DNA of 64,000 nucleotides from Strigamia acuminata (taxonomy: Eukaryota), in assembly GCA_949358305.1 (NCBI GenBank), contig OX442314.1, forward strand, positions 15,686,001 through 15,750,000. Direction: 5' to 3'. Shown piece by piece: positions 60,543 through 64,000 of the stretch. How positions within the stretch are numbered: the first letter of the stretch is position 1; each line of letters opens with the position of its first letter. The notes below the pieces were generated by a model, which did not search any database, was not told the DNA's origin, and saw nothing but the letters and a program-made list of their open reading frames with translations. A program made the translations under genes and the position numbers.

Positions 60543-63500
60543 CTGACAGTTAGAAACAAATTAATTTTGAATAAACTCCGTAAACAAACTATTAACGTTT
60601 TTGCTCCAAAGTTCATATTCCTGTTGATTAACTCGGAAAAAGGAATGTGTATGTGATCTACATATTTTTGCATTCAAATCTCTTGAATTTCATCTATAAT
60701 TAATTGCAAATGAGGTAAAGAGTGGTGGCGAGTCACGATTGAGGTTAAAATGTAATTAAATTGCTCCCGGTTTCTTAGTCAGAGTTTTTGTTGTTTATTA
60801 TTATTATTATTATTTTGAATTGTACGTAATCGTGACGATCGAGTTTTTGAAGCAATTTTTGTAAAGAAAACGTTTTTTAGTTATTTAGGATATTCAATCC
60901 GCATCCTGAGCTTTGTTTATTGATTATACATTTGCCGTATAATTTCTGAGAAATAAAAATGGAATAAATGATAGATGGCTGCAGTGCCATAAAGGTGATG
61001 ATACAAATGGCAAATTCCAAGGTGACTGACATCTAGATCATCTCCCTTCCAAGATAAAGTGATAAAACAGCTTAGCTAAATATCCATATAAATAATATTT
61101 GCATATATAAATAAATTATAAACCCAACAGCACTCAAATTGATCTCGTTTTAAGTGAACCATTAAAAAAAATTGAAATTAACTCCACCCACTTCAGGATT
61201 TTCTCGAGGAACGTTGACATTTTTTGTCTGCATCCAAACTGCGTGAACTTTTTCAATCTGTAATAAAAGATATAAAAAGTTAAATTGTTGTTTAATTATG
61301 AAACCCTTTTTTTTTACACCTTTCAAATGATGCTTGATTAGCTGAAAACAAAAATAATTATATAAACTTATTTTTCCTTCATCTTGTGAACTTTCTTAAA
61401 GCGTTTTTTCGTGTAATTTTGCTGGGGAATAATAACTGTAATTAAACCTTTACAAAACAACCCTTTTTGGATCCAAAGGTGGAAGAAATTAATAAGTTTG
61501 CTACGAAAATAATCAATAGGATTCTCTTTAACATAATCCCAAAAAAAATAGTTGGCATTTTTTCACTAAATAATTCACACCTGAGGGGCTAAATTCCAAT
61601 GTAAAAAAAATAAAGTAGGGGAAATTCATATTCAGAACATACCTACTGATAGATTTTCTATTAGTTTTACTTAACTCAGCACAAAAATTTAACTTTACAA
61701 CCTAAAAAAAAATCAAACGAATGACTTTGATTCGTGTCATTGCATGTTATTACGCAGTTTTTCACAGGCTCGTTGTGTTCTCTCATAATAAGAGTTTGTA
61801 TGGGAATAAGTTCACAGTATATTATTTTCCAGGTTTTCTAAAACCCCAAATGGCCAAGCATGAGAAACATGATGATAATTGAACTGTTAATACATCATTT
61901 TATTATAACTTTCTCGAATTTCTCTCTCTTAATTTATTTCTTCAAATTAACAGAAGCTGTATTTCTTCAAGGTAATATTGCAAAACTCGTAAACAATAAA
62001 CATAACGTCAAGTATTTTCTAACTCAAGTGTGACTTACATTTTCTCGTGGGAAAGGATTTTAGTTGTTCAACAAAACTCCAAATTAAAAAAAAAAATATT
62101 AAAAAAAAAAAAATTAAAATTCCTCTCGAAATAATTCAATTTATTTCAATCGAAACCGTCCGATAAAAATCCCGAAAACAATTCTTTTAACCACGGCCTA
62201 ACGACAATCTACTTATCTTAATAGCAGCAAAAACTCCACTATTTTTTCCTCCCCATCCACCAAAAAAAAAGAAAAAGAAAAAGAAACACAACAACGTAAA
62301 GCCGAACCCCGTACTTACCAAATCCCAGCCTTCGAATCACTAAACATCCTTCCAAAACCGAGTGAAATAAAACGAATCCAAACGAAAATGTGCGCTGTTG
62401 ACAATAAGTTACCGTCGGTGCATGTGTTGAACAAAACCAGTGCAACACAAGACACAAAGGTGGGAACTTTGTGTTTCCGCTTCTATCCCTATGGGGCTGA
62501 TTAATCCCTGCGGCAATTTTCAGTGATGCCGTCTCGAAGACCCAACTCAAACAGTCAAAACCTAAACGACGTAATAAAGTAACAACTGTTCCCCTTAACC
62601 ATTCAATAGAAATATGTTGGAAAAAATATTTTCAGGTGCGTCACGCATCACCTTACTACATAATATAAATTTCGATAGAAAATCAGCCACCTGGAAGCTC
62701 TAGGTTCTATGGGTTCACACAGGAAGCAGGTGTGCGCCCACATCCGGATGAAGACATCCTCACTGCCCAGCTTAGTGACAGACTGGTCAGTGGTCAGGAT
62801 TTATTTGAAAATTAAACTGAAGTGACGACAGGAGTTGTAAATTCCTCTCCGAATCTCGAGATTAAGTGTTTCATGATCCAGTGTATTTTTTTTTATTCAA
62901 AAAATTTATTTCATTGCAACGAATACAATTAGAAATAATTGGTTAATTACCAGAACAAATTAATTTGGTAATCTTTTATACTTTTATATGTTCATTTTAT
63001 TAAATGTTTTGCCAAATAATTAATGGTTTTAATCAATTGGAATGTTTTGCACTGATTTTAGTGCAAATCAAAATAAAAATAATTAAAAATAGTTTAAATA
63101 TAATCGTAATTTCGGCACAGTATAGAAAGAAAAAAATGAAAGAAAAAAACTGACTTGGTCAGATTGAAAAACCAATCAAACGTAAATATTCCTACGAACG
63201 TCCCAATTTATCCAATATGTTCATTCCCTTTTCTAAGTATTCTTCTCTCATCAACCAGAAGAAATCGCGGTCTTTCATCACTTCGGCCAACACGGCACCA
63301 CCAATGAACACCATATCTTTCCGGCCTGGTGGATCCTCAATTCGAATTTTAAATTTCTGCAAAAAAATAAAATAATTAAATTAAAATGGGCGCATTTAGA
63401 GTCGCGAAAAAAACAATCGCAAATCCAGAAAGCGCGATTATTTTTGCTGCAAGACAACATAACACGAATCCTGTAAATAGGCAAAGTATCTGGAATCTGG

Positions 63501-63830
63501 ACTGCCGCAAATCCGTATATTGCGATTCACGATTTAATTGTACACGCAATTAAATCGCGAATTTTAAATTACTAAAAAAAAAAACCTTTTCTTTATTTTG
63601 GTGAAAAAGGTTCGCGGTTTATTTAACTTGACCTCGCACGTGTGATTCCGTTCGATGCTGAGTCCGTTCAAGGAAAAGGAAGAAAAGGAAAAACAGACAT
63701 TTTTCTTTTTCCGTTTTGTTTCCATAAGAATAATTAAAAATAGGAAAAACGGTATTTTTGCCGTTTTCCTGTTGATTTTTCCATCCTGAATAATAGCAGT
63801 AGGCCTCAGTGCGTGATACTATAACGGCGG

Positions 63831-64000
63831 CAGAGCTATAGACTGGACTGGCCTGACGGAATACTGTAAATTTCCCGGTGCCCCGTGATAGGGTGAATTT
63901 TTTTTCATTTCACTGGCCTGATCCCGTGGCCCGACCTATCCAGATCTTCCGATATTAAATGTAGCTCGATCTATCTGATACTAAATTTGTACCCAGTCCA
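63831..64000 (-). mobile_element. Second, inverted copy of the 53942-54076 hAT-like MITE family, cut by the window end
   Basis: TTTGTACCCAGTCCA is the reverse complement of TGGACTGGGTACAAA; shared AATTTCCCG and CCCGTGGCCCGAC-type motifs. Confidence 0.7.

Overview
AT-rich eukaryotic genomic DNA, probably from an invertebrate or arthropod, with short 55-75 nt GT-AG introns. The centrepiece is an intact, very young Ty3/Gypsy LTR retrotransposon (36395-47789, +). It has apparently identical 613-bp LTRs, an ACAT target-site duplication, a tRNA-Pro primer-binding site, gag, a textbook -1 frameshift cassette and pol (PR-RT-RNaseH-IN). It also carries a large third ORF that is not env-like. This ORF appears to be built by removing an internal 216-nt intron (about 899 aa), looks nuclear, and contains an R-x-x-R-F-G motif resembling UAP56/DDX39B-binding motifs. 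A diverged, 3'-truncated relative (LTR plus partial gag) lies at 625-3058. At 4552-6192 a CpG-depleted foldback element with tRNA-Ser-derived arms hosts two further nested MITEs. Many other MITEs (Tc2/pogo-, hAT- and piggyBac-like) and an old Gypsy remnant are scattered through the window. A 14-exon minus-strand host gene encoding a roughly 931-aa protein with a C-terminal SAM domain occupies 55187-60542. Isolated minus-strand exons at about 53, 28 and 26 kb suggest a second, large-intron gene extending leftward. All calls were made by eye; no database searches were run.
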